A stretch of 64,000 nucleotides of DNA from Azolla caroliniana (taxonomy: Eukaryota; Plantae; Polypodiophyta). Below are positions 10,348 to 23,323 of this stretch, piece after piece. Under the pieces are notes generated by a model. That model was not told where the DNA came from. It worked only from the letters and a program-made list of their open reading frames with translations, and did no database searches. The DNA is taken from positions 11,532,001-11,596,000 of the forward strand of contig JBHGNT010000016.1 in NCBI GenBank assembly GCA_043228905.1, in the 5' to 3' direction. The translations under genes were made by a program, and so were the position numbers. How positions within the stretch are numbered: the stretch's first letter is position 1; the number at the start of each line of letters is the position of its first letter.

Positions 10348-11146
10348 CCGTGATAATGAGAAATAGAAGATGACTTCCCTTTATATAATTTTTATTTTGT
10401 ATTTTCAAAATTATTTTTATTTATTTTTAAATAAAATAAAATAAAATGTTTTTGGACATGGTGCTTATTATAGAACCAAGATTGTGCCTATTTTGGACAT
10501 TGTTTGTGTTACTTGCCTTGAGCAAAATGTCCTCAAAGTCGAGTGAAAATTCTCTGTTTTTTATTGAGCCTGTTATATTATCTGATAACTCCTTATTCTC
10601 AATTGAGGAATATAGCCATGTTAATAATAAAGGTGCCATGTTAAGACCAACGACGATCAAGAGCAAAGCTCAACGTCAATTTTTTCGATAGAGCCATTAA
10701 ACTTAGGTAAAACAAGATATATTAAAGTAGATACAACTCATGTCGAGTCTAGTTTATTGAATGCTAACAAAGACTGTGTCAATAAGCCTCTAAATTTTCA
10801 AAGAGTTCCTCGACAAGTGAGTGTTAAACGATATAAATTTTTGTGTTTGGATCGACAAATTTCAATTGACATATGCAAGCTATGTTGTGGGAGCCTTTTT
10901 CTATCAAAATTTTGAAAGGCAAACTTGCAGGGGTTGCGACAAAAGTATTTGTCTCTCAATGGCAACGAAAAAGATACATTCTTCATTGCCAATATGTGTC
11001 ATGATGACACTCACATCATGCCTCGAAAGGATTTGAACCCACAATCTTGTTATATATATATCAAATCCTTAACCATTGTAGTAACATGTTTATGTGTATA
11101 GTTTATATAATCCAATATCATAAGAATATTCTATATTACTTTATAT

Positions 11147-11265
11147 TCTAGAATGTCCTAGAATATTCTAGAGTGTTGTATATTCTAGAACCTTCTAGAA
11201 TACTCTAAAAACCTTCTAGACTACTAGATTACTCTATATTCTAGAATGTCGTAGAATATTCTAGA
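11147..11265 (+). promoter_or_regulatory. Heat-shock-element-like array in the LTR
   Basis: Perfect TTCtaGAAccTTCtaGAA at 11183-11200, plus several GAAtaTTC and TTCtaGAA units nearby. Confidence 0.6.
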
Positions 11266-12148
11266 GTAATCTATAGGGATCTATCAATCCTCCGAAAACC
11301 AAATTGGTTCAAACTGTCAAGACAAAGAGAAAGAGAGAGAAAGAGAAGAAAAGAGATATAATTTTAAGATAGAAAGAGAGAATTGAAAAGAAAGTATTTC
11401 TCATTTCTCCCTCTTCCAACAAGTTCTCTTCTTTCTTCTCCTCTCCACTCGTAAGTTATGGATTCCGTGAGCAAACAGGAATACATGCATGTTCTTTCTA
11501 ACCTCGACATGCTCACGAATAAATTTGTGGCATTAGAGCATCAAAATCAAAGGCTACTGGGCGACCTACAACAAGTGAGTACCGAAAAAGCTCAACAATA
11601 TGAAGAGTTATCACAACGGGTTCATCAACTCGAGGCTACTATATTGTCATTACGAGAACAAACTTTGGGGGCACAAAACTCCCCTCGAGAACCAAAGATT
11701 AGCCTCACCAAGTTTGATGGTAGGAGGTCTTTATTTTGAGGCTTCTTGAATCAAGTCTGTTTGGTTATTCAGTTACATCCCAATCGGTACCCAACTAATG
11801 TTGCTCGTGTGGGATTTGTGAGAACCTTGCTATGTGGTACAACATTAGCATGGTTTGCACCACTTCTTGAGCAGAAAGCACCGTTGCTGGAGGATTTTGA
11901 GGCATTTGTTAAGGAGTTTCAAGCTATTTTCGAAGACACTGACAACACTAGGATGACGATAAACAAGATTCGAAGGCTCCGACAAGGAGATTGTCCCCCG
12001 TCAGCTTATGCAGCTGATTTCAGTCTTTTGGCATGCGATATCCCTTGGCATGAGGCGGCCTCAATGGATCAATTCTGTCAAGGTTTTCGTAATGATGTCA
12101 AAGATCTTCTTCTTACTTTCCACGAAGATCCGAAGTCTCTAACAGAGG

Positions 12149-15100
12149 TGTTGAGAATCAAGCTCAAATTGGTCTAGTGTGTGAACTCACCTTGAGAGTG
12201 AATAGACACTCCAATGGTCAAGAGTCACCATTATGTCACCTCTTTGTATTCTAGCATTTAGTATGACTCATAGAATCCTATTCTATGACACATAACTTAT
12301 GAGCTTTCACATTCCCCATGCTCCATGAGTCTTGTAGTTAATGAAGAGAGAGGGTGACTATATAAAGCACCCTCCTCCTACCTTGTATTTAGTTGAGTCT
12401 TTCTCCTTTGTTAATATACTTAACCTTGCGTATACTTTGTGTGTGTGTCTCTCTCTCTATCTCATACACACACACACACACACACACACACAGTTCACAC
12501 CTATTCCGCTTCACAAGAATCCATTTGTTGATTCTTTACGTCGTATCAAAGCGATTTGGTAGTTTGATCTAGCCCATTCGCCTCATCGTGATTGTGTGTT
12601 GTGCTCCACGCCGACGACCAAGAACCGGCTCATCACTATCGTAGCTTCGCTACATAGCTCGCATTCGAAGAAAGAAGAAGAAGAAGAATTGACATAATGA
12701 GTACTCAAATGGGGAGTGCTCTCCCTACCGAGAAGTTGGATCGAAACAACTTCGCATCTTGGGAGTACAAAATGCACCAATACCTTGTCGGACAAGGCTA
12801 TTGGAGCTACATCAAAGGAGCGCATGAAGACCGACCCGCCGAAGCGGCTCCCGGATACGCGACATGGGAGCAAGTCGCAAGCCGCAAGCCGCGTGATGTA
12901 TTGCTTGGCGACATGTGTTCACGATCACATGCTCGGCTACATTCCCGAAGCCAAGACGCCAAAGGAGGCATGGGAAAATCTACGAAAGATTTTCACCGCC
13001 AACACGACCACGAGGAAGCTTCAACTCCGCCAAGAGTTGAACAACATTCAACAAAGGGACATGTCCATCACGACATACACCTTGAAGATCAAGGAGCTTT
13101 GCGACTCGCTCGGCTCAATAAGTGTAAGTATAGATGGTGGAAATATGCCTCGGTGGCCTCACACCAGGGTTCGGCGCGATGCGAACCGCCGTTCTAGCAC
13201 GGGAGAAAACTCCCTCCTTCATCGAGATCCAATCAATGCTATTGGTAAAAGAAAACCATGTGCGTACAAGGAACAATGAATCGGAAGGCCACATGCTCTA
13301 CACGCACTCTAATGGAGGAAGAGGACGCGAACGAGCGATAGGCCGATTCGGCCAAGGACAAGGCAGACGAGGTCCGACCTACGACAACACGTCCCAATTT
13401 CGGCCGCAAAACGGAGGCCTATGAGGAACCTTTGCAAGAAGGGGGAGCTTCCACTCTGGCCCGAGCTATCAAAACACAACCAAATGCGGATATTGCGGAA
13501 AGCTCTGCCACCACGAAGAAGAGAGCCGAAAGAAGATGCGTGAATCGACTTCCACAAGCCGACAACTCACGAATTACGCACACAACTCCGACTATGAAGA
13601 GTATAGCGGAATATACGGGAACAACTCCAACTACGAAGATCGTGGCAGAATGTATGCACACATCTCCGACCGTGGCGGAATGTTCATGATAAAACATAGA
13701 GCGAACTCTATGTCGGCCTCTACCTCAACTAGTGCCTCCGGTCCGGAAGACGTATGGATCGTCGATTCCGGTGCCTCGAACCATATGACATCGCATCAAG
13801 AATGGTTCCGAGAACTTCGAGAGCCGGACCGACCCGGTATGTCGAAACCGGAGACGACACTACGCACCCGATTCGGCACATCGGCAATGTTCCGTTCGGA
13901 AAAGAAGGTAAGCAAAATTACATTACAAATGTCTTGCATGTACCGACCATTACGAAGAATTTGGTCTCCGTCGGCCAAATTGTAGAGCAAGGGATGCAAG
14001 TTCGATTTAATCAAGGCGGTTGCTTCATTGAAAAAGAGGGTCGACTCATCGCACGTGGACGAAGAGAGGGCCGAATGTTCATTCTCGACTCACACGAGAT
14101 GAAATCCGCCATGTTCGCAAAGGGCATGAAAGCGGATTGGCCATATAAATCTCCAAAAGCTTAAAGCAATGAAATCGAAAGGAGTTGTCATCGGACTCCC
14201 AACATTCAAAGAGAAGGAGATTGAAGGTGTATGCGAAGCGTGCCAATTCGGCAAGCAACACCAACACTCATTCCCGAAAGAGCGGAACGTGAGCAAAGGT
14301 CTACTCGACATAGTCCATTCCGACGTATGGGGACCGGCGCAAACGGCTACATTCGGCAGATGCCGATATTACGTGCTCTGTATCGACAACTTCTCCAGGC
14401 ACACTAGGATCTACCCAATGCGGCAAAAGAGCGAAGTGTTCGGACACTTCCCAACTTTCAAGAATGAATTCGAGAAAGCCACGGGCCGACATGTACATTG
14501 TTTTCAATCAGATGGCGGCAAGGAGTACTTCTCGGACGACTTCACGAGGTATCTCCGAAAGGAAGGAATTCGGTGAGAATTCACTTGCCAACACACCCCG
14601 CAACAAAACGGAGTAGCAGAGCGTAAAATTCGGCACATCCTCGAAGTAGCGCGGGCCATGATGAACAAGAAGCATATGCCCAAGTCATATTGGGCCGAAG
14701 CTGCAAATACGACCGTTTACCTAATGAACCGGTGCACAACATCCGACGTGCATAAGGTCACTCCGGACGAAAAATACTTCGGAAAGAAGCCGGACTTATC
14801 AAACATCCGGATATTCGGCGCGATAGCATATGTGCACATCCCCGACGAGAAGCGTCAAAATATTGACCCGAAGTCGGAGAAATGTATCCTCGTAGGATAG
14901 TCACCAGAGCAAAAGGGGTACAAGTGCTACAACCCTTCAACTCGAAAATCTCGAGTAAGTCGAGACGTCGTTTTTGATGAGTCCACATGCTGGTATGCAC
15001 CAGAGACAACTCTGACTTCGACTCCGATCGACCCGGAATTCGCCGAACAAGAGATCAAGGATGAAGATCGCCCTACGCGCATATTCGAATAAAGTCTAAT

Positions 15101-17713
15101 CATGACCCAATTGAGCGGACCACAAGAGCCTTTGAGCGATCAAAGCACATCACAGCCTAGCCCAAAGATGGACAAAGGCAAGGCGAAAATGCCGGAATAC
15201 GAAGACGATCGCTTCAACGACGATGAGTCGACTCACTCACTCGACAGTGAGTTCGGCCGTTTCGAGGTACCAATCGGAGCTAAGAAAGCCCTCATCTCTG
15301 CAAATGAAAAACTCTGCCGCTCTACCCGTGAAAAGAACCCCGTAAGACGATTCAGCTACAACGATTATATGGCGTACCATTACGCCTTTATGATAAAGGT
15401 AGCGATAGTACGGGAGCCAGAAACCTTTTCGGAAGCCGCGAAGGACCCCCGATGGATTGAAGCAATGAACGAGGAGATGCAGGCACTACGGAAGAACGAG
15501 ACGTGAGATCTCGTTCCCACCTCACCACACTAAAAGGTGATCGGATGCAGATGGATCTACAAGGTCAAGTATAACGTCGATGGCTCCGTAAACCACTACA
15601 AAGCTCGACTCGTAGCGAAAGGATACGCTTAGACGCATGGTGTCGACTACGAAGAGACCTTTGCCCCGGTGGCAAAGATGACGACGGTGCTAACCGTAAT
15701 TGCGCTTGCCACGGCGAAAGAATGGCACCTCCATCAAATGGACGTCAAGAATGCCTTTCTACAAGGCGAATTAGAAGAGGAGGTGTACATGATACAACCA
15801 CCCAGCTTCAACTCGAGCACCCATCCGAAAGCTGTATGCCGACTCAAGAAGCCACTCTACGGCCTCAAGCAAGCACCTTGTGCTTGGCATTCGAATATAA
15901 TACAATATCTTCATCAAATTGGCTTCTGTATGTCAAAATTGGACAACTCCCTCTAGATACAAAGCGATTCCGCAAGTCCGATCGTCATCATCTTATATGT
16001 GGATGACCTAGTCATTGGAGGTGAGCATCTCGTCGAAATCAATAAGGTCAAATCCCTCCTTTCCGACCAGTTTGAGATGACGGACATGAAGGAGCTCCAC
16101 TACTTCCTCGGCATCGAGGTAATTCGGACTCCGGCCGGAATCATGATCTCTCAACGGCACTACATCCTCAATTTGCTATACAAGTTCGGGATGGCTGAGT
16201 GCAAATCCGCGGCAACCCTGCTCGATCGCAATCTCAAACTGGATGTGAACTCCGGCACCAAAGCGTGTGAGCCGACTCAATATCGGCAACTCATCAGGAG
16301 TCTCATTTACCTCACGATCACTCGACCTGATCTCAGTTATCCGCTCGGTCTCCTTAGCCAATTCATGCAAAGACTGCGTGATACTCACTTGGATTGCACT
16401 AAGCGAGTTCTACGATACGTGAGTGGCACAATGGATTGTGGCATCCTCTACAAGACCGCGATGCCAATACGACTTGAGGGGTACACAGACGCCAATTGGG
16501 CCAGCTACAAAGCCGATAGAAGATCAACCTCCGGATTTGTCTTCTCCCTTGGCAGCGGAGCAATATCCTGGATTAGAAAGAAACAGCATACCGTTGCTCT
16601 TTCGAGTACGGAGGCGGAATACAAGGGCGCAACCGTAGCTGCATGTGAAGCCGTATGGCTCAAGAGGACTTTGAAGGATCTGGGCGTTCCCATCAAGGAT
16701 CCGACTCCCCTTTACTGCGAGAACATGAGCAATATTTATTTGGTTCCACGCGCGGACAAAGCACATCGAAGTGCACTATCACTTCATCCGAGAGCGCGTT
16801 CTAGCTGGCGATGTTGACCTACAACACATTAGCACCAATCTTCAAACAACCGACATCATCACTAAAGCTTTAGGAGCCGACAAGCTATGGCAATTCATGA
16901 CCGATCTCGGATTGACGATCCTTGACCTGCCAAGCTTGAGGGGGAGTACGCAAGACACTACGCAATCGCAATAACGCGTAGATTACGCAACCGCGCAACG
17001 AAGCCGCGAAGAGCCGATCTACCGCGCAAAGCCGCGAAGAAAGACACTTACTCTTGCTCGGTAACGAACGCGAGGTTCAACTCCCGGGAAAAAACTTCGT
17101 GGAATTGGGAGGGCGATTCAAAATTGAAACAAAACCCCAGGATTCGAAGTGAAATTCTTGATTTGCCTGACGCAAGCTGAAGCGCAGACTTCGCAACTAT
17201 GCACAACGCAAGCTGGAGCACGGATTCCGTAACTCCGCATAAATGCGAGTCGACGCGGACTCCGTAACGCGAGTCGAAGCGGATTTCGGATACCGTATGA
17301 AAACGACCTGACTTGAGCTTGAGGGGGCGTGTTGAGAATCAAGCTCAAATTGGTCTAGTGTGTGAACTCACCTTGAGAGTGAATAGACACTCCAACGGTC
17401 AAGAGTCACCGTTATGTCACCTCTTTGTATTCTAGCATTTAGTATGAGTCATAGAATCATATTCTATGACACATAACTTATGAGCTTTCACATTCCCCAT
17501 GCTCCATGAGTCTTGTAGTTAATGAAGAGAGAGGGTGACTATATTTAAAGCACCCTCCTCCTAACTTGTATTTAGTTGAGTCTTTCGCCTTTGTTAATAT
17601 ACTTAACCTTGCGTATACTCTGTGTGTGTGTGTCTCTCTCTCTCTATCTCATACACACACACACAGTTCACACCTATTCCGCTTCACAAGAATCCATTTG
17701 TTGATTCTTTACA
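12149..17713 (+). mobile_element. Full-length but degenerate Ty1/copia element
   Basis: TSD AGAGG (12144-48 / 17714-18); LTRs 12149-12540 and 17330-17713; mutated iMet PBS TCGTATCAAAGC at 12541; PPT at 17321; gag, PR (WIVDSGASNHM), INT, RT and RH between 12697 and 16974 with many lesions. Confidence 0.95.
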
Positions 17714-18693
17714 AGAGGCCATTAGTTGAGCCGTGCGATGTGATAATCTCCTATTTGAGCGACGTTCTGAACGCCAACAAATGTTATGTCGCCAATCGGA
17801 ATAGACGTATGCTTCTGTAGTCGCAACGCCTCCACAAGTTTCCAGACCCATTACATGGGATGGCCCAACTTCGATGGAAATAGAGACAACAAATGTCGAG
17901 GGCCTTTATCAGATGCTGAGAAGCAACGACGTCGAGCTCATTGCCAATGCCTATATTGTGGCGGTCCATGACATATAGCCGTGAATTGTCCACATAAACC
18001 TAGATGTCAAGTATACCAAGTAAGTGCACATGACATCCCTACTTCAAGTTCCATTGTTACTTCTAATAACATAAACAATCCTAATAGTCCATGCCATGAG
18101 AATAGATTCGATGTCTTGAGTCAATTAGAGGATGTGTTAAACGAGTAAGTTCGGCCAAAATAGGAGCCATTTGGTTGGACCATCCTAGATATGTAGAGTT
18201 AGTTCCTAGTCGTAGTTCCATCTCATCAAGCTAAGTGAGTAGAGTTTTTTCTGCACAAGTTGAGCTTACCACATCTACATGTCATCAAGTCCTAGCCTCT
18301 GCCCTCCTAGATTCTGGAGCCAACTCTTGTTTCATGGAACGTGAATTTGCATTGTCACAAAACATCCTTTTGAATAAGCTCCCGAACCTAGTAGTCGCAG
18401 GAGTCATTGATGGTCGTCCCATAGCATCAGGTGATATAGTCGAGGAGTCCGAGCCAATTCGTATAGTTCTTGGCGATTTGGCAAGCATAATCTCTTTCAA
18501 CATTATTCGCAATCCAGAACACCCAATAGTTCTAGGTCTCCGTTGGTTTGAACTCCATAACCCGAAGATTGATTGGATGAAAAGGACAAATGAGGACACC
18601 CAGGAAGAAAGAACAAAGCTTGCATCCCACAACTCTCCGACATTTGATACTAGATCCCATAAGTTATCGACCATCTCTTTACGCCAGTTACGT

Positions 18694-19506
18694 TGTCGTA
18701 GTGTGAATCACACACTACGTGAAATAGGTAAAATACTATATCCGATTTAAAGTACGTATAATAAATAAAATAAAATATTAAAAATATATTTATTACATGC
18801 ATAGGGCAAGATTTGAACCCTATACCAATCCACGTTGACAAACCCCAACCTTACCATTGTACTAACTTATCCTTAGTGTTCTAAATATAGATTTAATACC
18901 TATAAGACCTTTATTTACGCCTACCTTTATTAAAAAGGTAAGTCATGCATTTTTAGAGTGAGTGAATACTTTATTTATAAGAAAAATGTAAACCAATAAA
19001 ATATTACTCGTGCACATCTAGCGAGCATGAGCACTATATTTAGGAAATAAAAGCATAGTGTAAAAAGCGACTCATGCGCATTTAGTGTGCATGAACACTT
19101 TAGAAAAAGCATAGAGTCTATCTATAGAAAAAGCATGGATTGTTAAGACTCTCTCATCACTATATAAGGATGAGGAGCACAATGTAATAGGTGTGTGAAA
19201 TATTTGGAAATTGGATATATTTCTAAAAGACACCAATTAATATATGCGTGGGATTCACGAAATAATCTGTACTTGTGGGATTCACAAGTTCTTTTTAATC
19301 TCTTTCTTTCAATCAAAATACATATTCTTATCTAAATATTGATTAATCGAATACAATACACTTGTGGGATTCACGAGATTTCTATCTCTCTTTCTAATAA
19401 TCTATCCATAACTATAAACTTGTCTCAAATTCTTCCTCTTCCTAGTCCAAAACCCCAGCGGTTCCCACCCGACTCACACAACGATCTGGCGCCGAAAGGC
19501 ACGACA
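18694..19506 (+). repeat. Solo LTR (813 bp) with 4-bp TSD
   Basis: TGTCGT...ACGACA; TSD ACGT (18690-93 / 19507-10); TATA-like CTATATAAG at ~19160. Inserted between the protease and RT of the gypsy. Confidence 0.85.
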
Positions 19507-20481
19507 ACGTGAGGGAGGGGGGGGACCGAGGATATGTTCATATTCGCAATAGTAGCAACTCCATCATCCACGTTACATGAAGGGGACACTAAACTACCAG
19601 AGAAATACAAAGAGTTCTCCGACGTCTTTGATAAGGTGAAGGCCAATACATTGCCAGAGCATCAGCCATACGACTACCCAATTGACTTACAACAAGGGAA
19701 AGAACCTCCATGGGGCCCAATTTATAATCTCTCCCCTATAGAGCTAGAGACTTTGCGGGAATATATCGACGAGAATCTCGCAAATGGATTCATTCGGCAT
19801 TCTAGATCCCCTGTTGGTGCACCTATATTCTTTGTTAAGAAACAATATGGGTCTCTTCGGTTGGTTGTGGACCCGTTGTGGATTATCAAGGGTTAAATAA
19901 AGTGACCATCTGGAATAGATATGCTCTACCGTTAATCCTGAATCTTTTGGAATGTCTTAGTGGAGCAAATATTTCACGAAGTTGGACCTTCGTGGTGCAT
20001 ATAATCTAGTTTGGATTCGTCTGTGGGATGAATGGAAGACTGCTTTTCGCACTCGTTATGGACATTTCGAGTATACTGTGATGCCATTCGGTGTCACGAA
20101 TGCCCCTGCAGTTTTCAGCCATATGGTGAATGATATATTTCTAAGTTTTCTTGATATCTTCACTATAGTTTACCTAGATGACATTTTGATCTACTCGAAG
20201 ACCCAAGAGGAGCAGGATGAACATGTTCACTAGGTACTACGTCGACTATGAGAATATAGTATCTATGCAAAATTAGAAAAGTGTAGTCTCGGACAAAATC
20301 AAGTGGAATTTTTGGGGTACGTTGTATAATCAGATGGTATTTCTATGGACCCCATGAACGTTCAAGCAATTTTAGATTGGCATATGCCCGTTTCAATCCG
20401 CGATGTACAATGTTTTCTCAGGTTTGCAAACTTTTATCAGAAATTTATTAAAAACTATTCTAAGGTCGTGCTTTCGCTCAC

Positions 20482-23323
20482 TGAGACATTGGAGCTCTTG
20501 AAGAGAGTCCGATCTCATTCAGGCTAAGTGGGCCGAATGAGCGACTCAATCGGCATGACCAGTCAAATGAAGAGCCAATGAGTAGTGGAGACTCGGTCGT
20601 GCATTCCTCGCGCAGGAAGCCGAGGAGACGGTTTACGCGCAAAGAGAAGGGAAAGAAGAAGATGCCAGAGTACGACAATGATAAAGATGAGTCGGATCGA
20701 AGAGAATCCAACTCCGAGAAGAACGAAGACGGACCTTTGGCAACAAAGTTCGTGTCACCCAAGAGGGCCTCAAAACGGCTAATGAGCAATTACGCCGATC
20801 TATCCGCCAGAGGAACCCCGTGGTGCGGTTCAGATACAACAAGTACATGGCGCATCATTATTCGTACATGACGCGAGTGGCAATAGTGCGTGAGCCGGAG
20901 AGCTATGCAGAAATGGCGAAGGATGCAAATTGGCGTGCCACAATGGAGGAAGAGATGCACACATTAGCGGAAAATGAAACTTGGGACCTGGTTGACGCTC
21001 CGAAGGGTGTACAACCGATTGGATGCAGGTGGGTGTACAAGGTCAAGTACAACCGACGACTCTGTCAACCGCTACAAGGCTCGGTTAGTGGCGAAGGGAT
21101 ATGCACAACGACATGGCATCGACTATGATGAGACCTTTGCGTCGGTCGCGAAGATGACAACCGTCTGTGTCCTGCTTGCGATAGCTGCAGTAAAGGGGTG
21201 GCATTTACATCAGACTGATGTAAAGAATGCATTCCTACAAGGAGAACTTGAGGAGAAAGTGTACATGGTACAACCCCCTCCCGTTATTTTAGTCCGAAAA
21301 GAACACCTCGGCAGTATGCCGACTAAAGAAGTCCCTCTACGGACTAAAGCAAGCCCCGCGCGCGTGTAATGCGAAGATCACGCAACACCTACGTCGGATG
21401 GGGTTTGCGACGTCCAAATCAGACTCTTCATTGTTCGTCCGGCAAGGGCGACATGGACCGGTTAGTATTTTACTTTATGTTGATGATTTAGTCATCGCCG
21501 GCACCAACAAAGATGAAATCGGCCATGTAAAGTCCCAGCTCACGGCATCATTTGACATGAAGGACCTAGGAGACCTTCATTACTTCCTAGGGTTCAAAGT
21601 GATCTACACCCCCGAAGGCATACTGATCAGCCACCGACATTACGTGTTGAGTATGCTCTTCAAGTTCGGGATGGCATACTGTAAGTCCATCTCAACTCCT
21701 CTGGACAGAAACATCAAGCTTCACCGAGATTCGGGAAAGGCGTGCGACCCGATACGGTTCCGATAGATTGTCGGCAGTCTAATTTATTTGGCGATCACTC
21801 GGCCGGATCTCAGTTACCCGGTTTGCATGATCAGTCAATTTATGTCGCAACCCACAACCAAACACCTCAGTGCGCGCAACGAATATTGCATTATGTCCAC
21901 GACACTAAGGATAGAACACTGCTATATTGGACCGGTATTGCTGAACAGCTCGTCGGCTACTCGGATTCTGATTGGGCAGGAAACGACGACGATCGTAGAT
22001 CCACATCTGGGTTCGCTTTCTCACTTGGGAGCGCCACGATCACCTAGAGCAGCAAGAAGCAGCCGACAGTTGCAATGTCGAGCACGGAGGCTGAGTATCA
22101 AGGAGCGGCTATTGCAACATGCAAAGCCATTTGGCTCAAGAGGCTAGGATCTGTAGGTGGAGGTGTCCGCTCCGACAACGATCTACTGCAAATACCTTAG
22201 CAACATCCAACTTGCAAAGAACCCCGTCTTCCACGCCCGAACCAAGCACATTGAGGTGCACTACCATTTTGTCCGCGAGCGTGTCCTCTACGGTGAAGTC
22301 CAACTTGTGTATGTTCCGACGGATCGACAAACTGCCGACATCTTCACCAAGCCCTTTGGTCTTGACAAGTTGTGGCAATTCTCAGGTGCGCTTGGTTTGC
22401 GGCACCTAGAAGTGCCAAACTTGAGGGGGAGAAAAGACCAGGAAAGGGAGCAAGAAAGGAGCGGAAGTGACCGTGAAGCTGAGTTGGATGAAGATTTTGA
22501 TTTCGGGTCAGCTGAAGAAGCCGAAGAAGGAAACCAGGGCAACAACCAAAGGGAAGAGTCAGAGTCAGCCGAACAAGGGGGAGATGAAGCCAAGAAGGGA
22601 GCGAAGGCCAAGACCAATACATGGCTTAATATGGTTAAGGGCCTGAAGATAGAAAACGAACCGGAGACAGCCGATTCGGTTCGAATGTTCGATTTGGAGA
22701 TGCCGAATCAACTGAAGGCCAAGCGGAGGAAAGGGCAGCAGAAGAGGCACCAACACCGCGATAGCAAGGGAGCTGAGAAAGACCGCACGAGCAGACAAGC
22801 CGACCGAAAGGATCGAGGCGTGCGGAATCGAACGGGTCGAGGAGCGCGAGTGACGCGTGAAGCTAGGAGAAACTGGAACGAAGATCCGAAAGAGCAGGCA
22901 GAACCTCAAGTTGAGCTTTAGGGGGAGTGTTGAGATACAAGCTCAACATTGGGTGTGTAAACCAATGCTTAGACTGGGTGCGTAAACTGGGCGCGCAACG
23001 AGAGGCCGTTAGATAGATAGTCCGTAGAAGAATATATTTTGGGAGTTAGTGTAGGGGGTCATTGATGAGCATTGAAGTATGTGTCAGTACTTCTGTCAGT
23101 CTGTATGGACTTGTATAAACGTCCTCTCTGAGCACATCCTATGTACAGAGTTTTAGAGTATTGTTTTGGAATAGAGTTTTCTGTGTTTTGCTCTCTCTGT
23201 CTCTCCCGTGTATGATGTGTTGATTAAGCTTTCCATTAAACCTTCCTTATCTTCCTTGTCTCGTGTCTTTTATATGTTGTTACCCGGTTGTGTTTGTTAA
23301 GCTTCCGCACGTATTCTTTTACA
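20482..23323 (+). mobile_element. 3' half of a Ty1/copia element (RT, RNase H, 3' LTR 22928-23323)
   Basis: LLYVDDLV and HARTKHIEVHYHFVRE; PPT GGGGGAG at 22921-27; LTR TGTTGAGATACAAGCTCAACA...TTTACA, same family as 26964-39462. Confidence 0.9.

Larger units (their letters stand above)
10997..20481 (+). mobile_element. Decayed Ty3/gypsy (Tcn1/Tf-like), interrupted by a copia and a solo LTR, truncated in RT
   Basis: LTR-like start TGTCATGAT at 10997; gag 11458-12148 resuming at 17714; protease ALLDSGANSCF (~18300); RT 19534-20480 ([15 protein letters not shown]) with stops and frameshifts. No tRNA PBS recognised and no 3' LTR. Confidence 0.85.

Noticed and set aside
11029-11083. Functional tRNA genes at the A/B-box sites (also 18809, 24905, 27564)
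   Set aside because: No intact acceptor or anticodon stems were seen, so they are reported only as tRNA-like promoter boxes.
11323-11450. Self-priming PBS for the Tcn1-like element
   Set aside because: The purine and pyrimidine tracts are only loosely complementary, and the LTR end cannot be fixed without a second LTR.
17050-17090. B-box-like GGTTCAACTCCC in the copia 3' region
   Set aside because: No convincing A-box at the right distance; may be chance.
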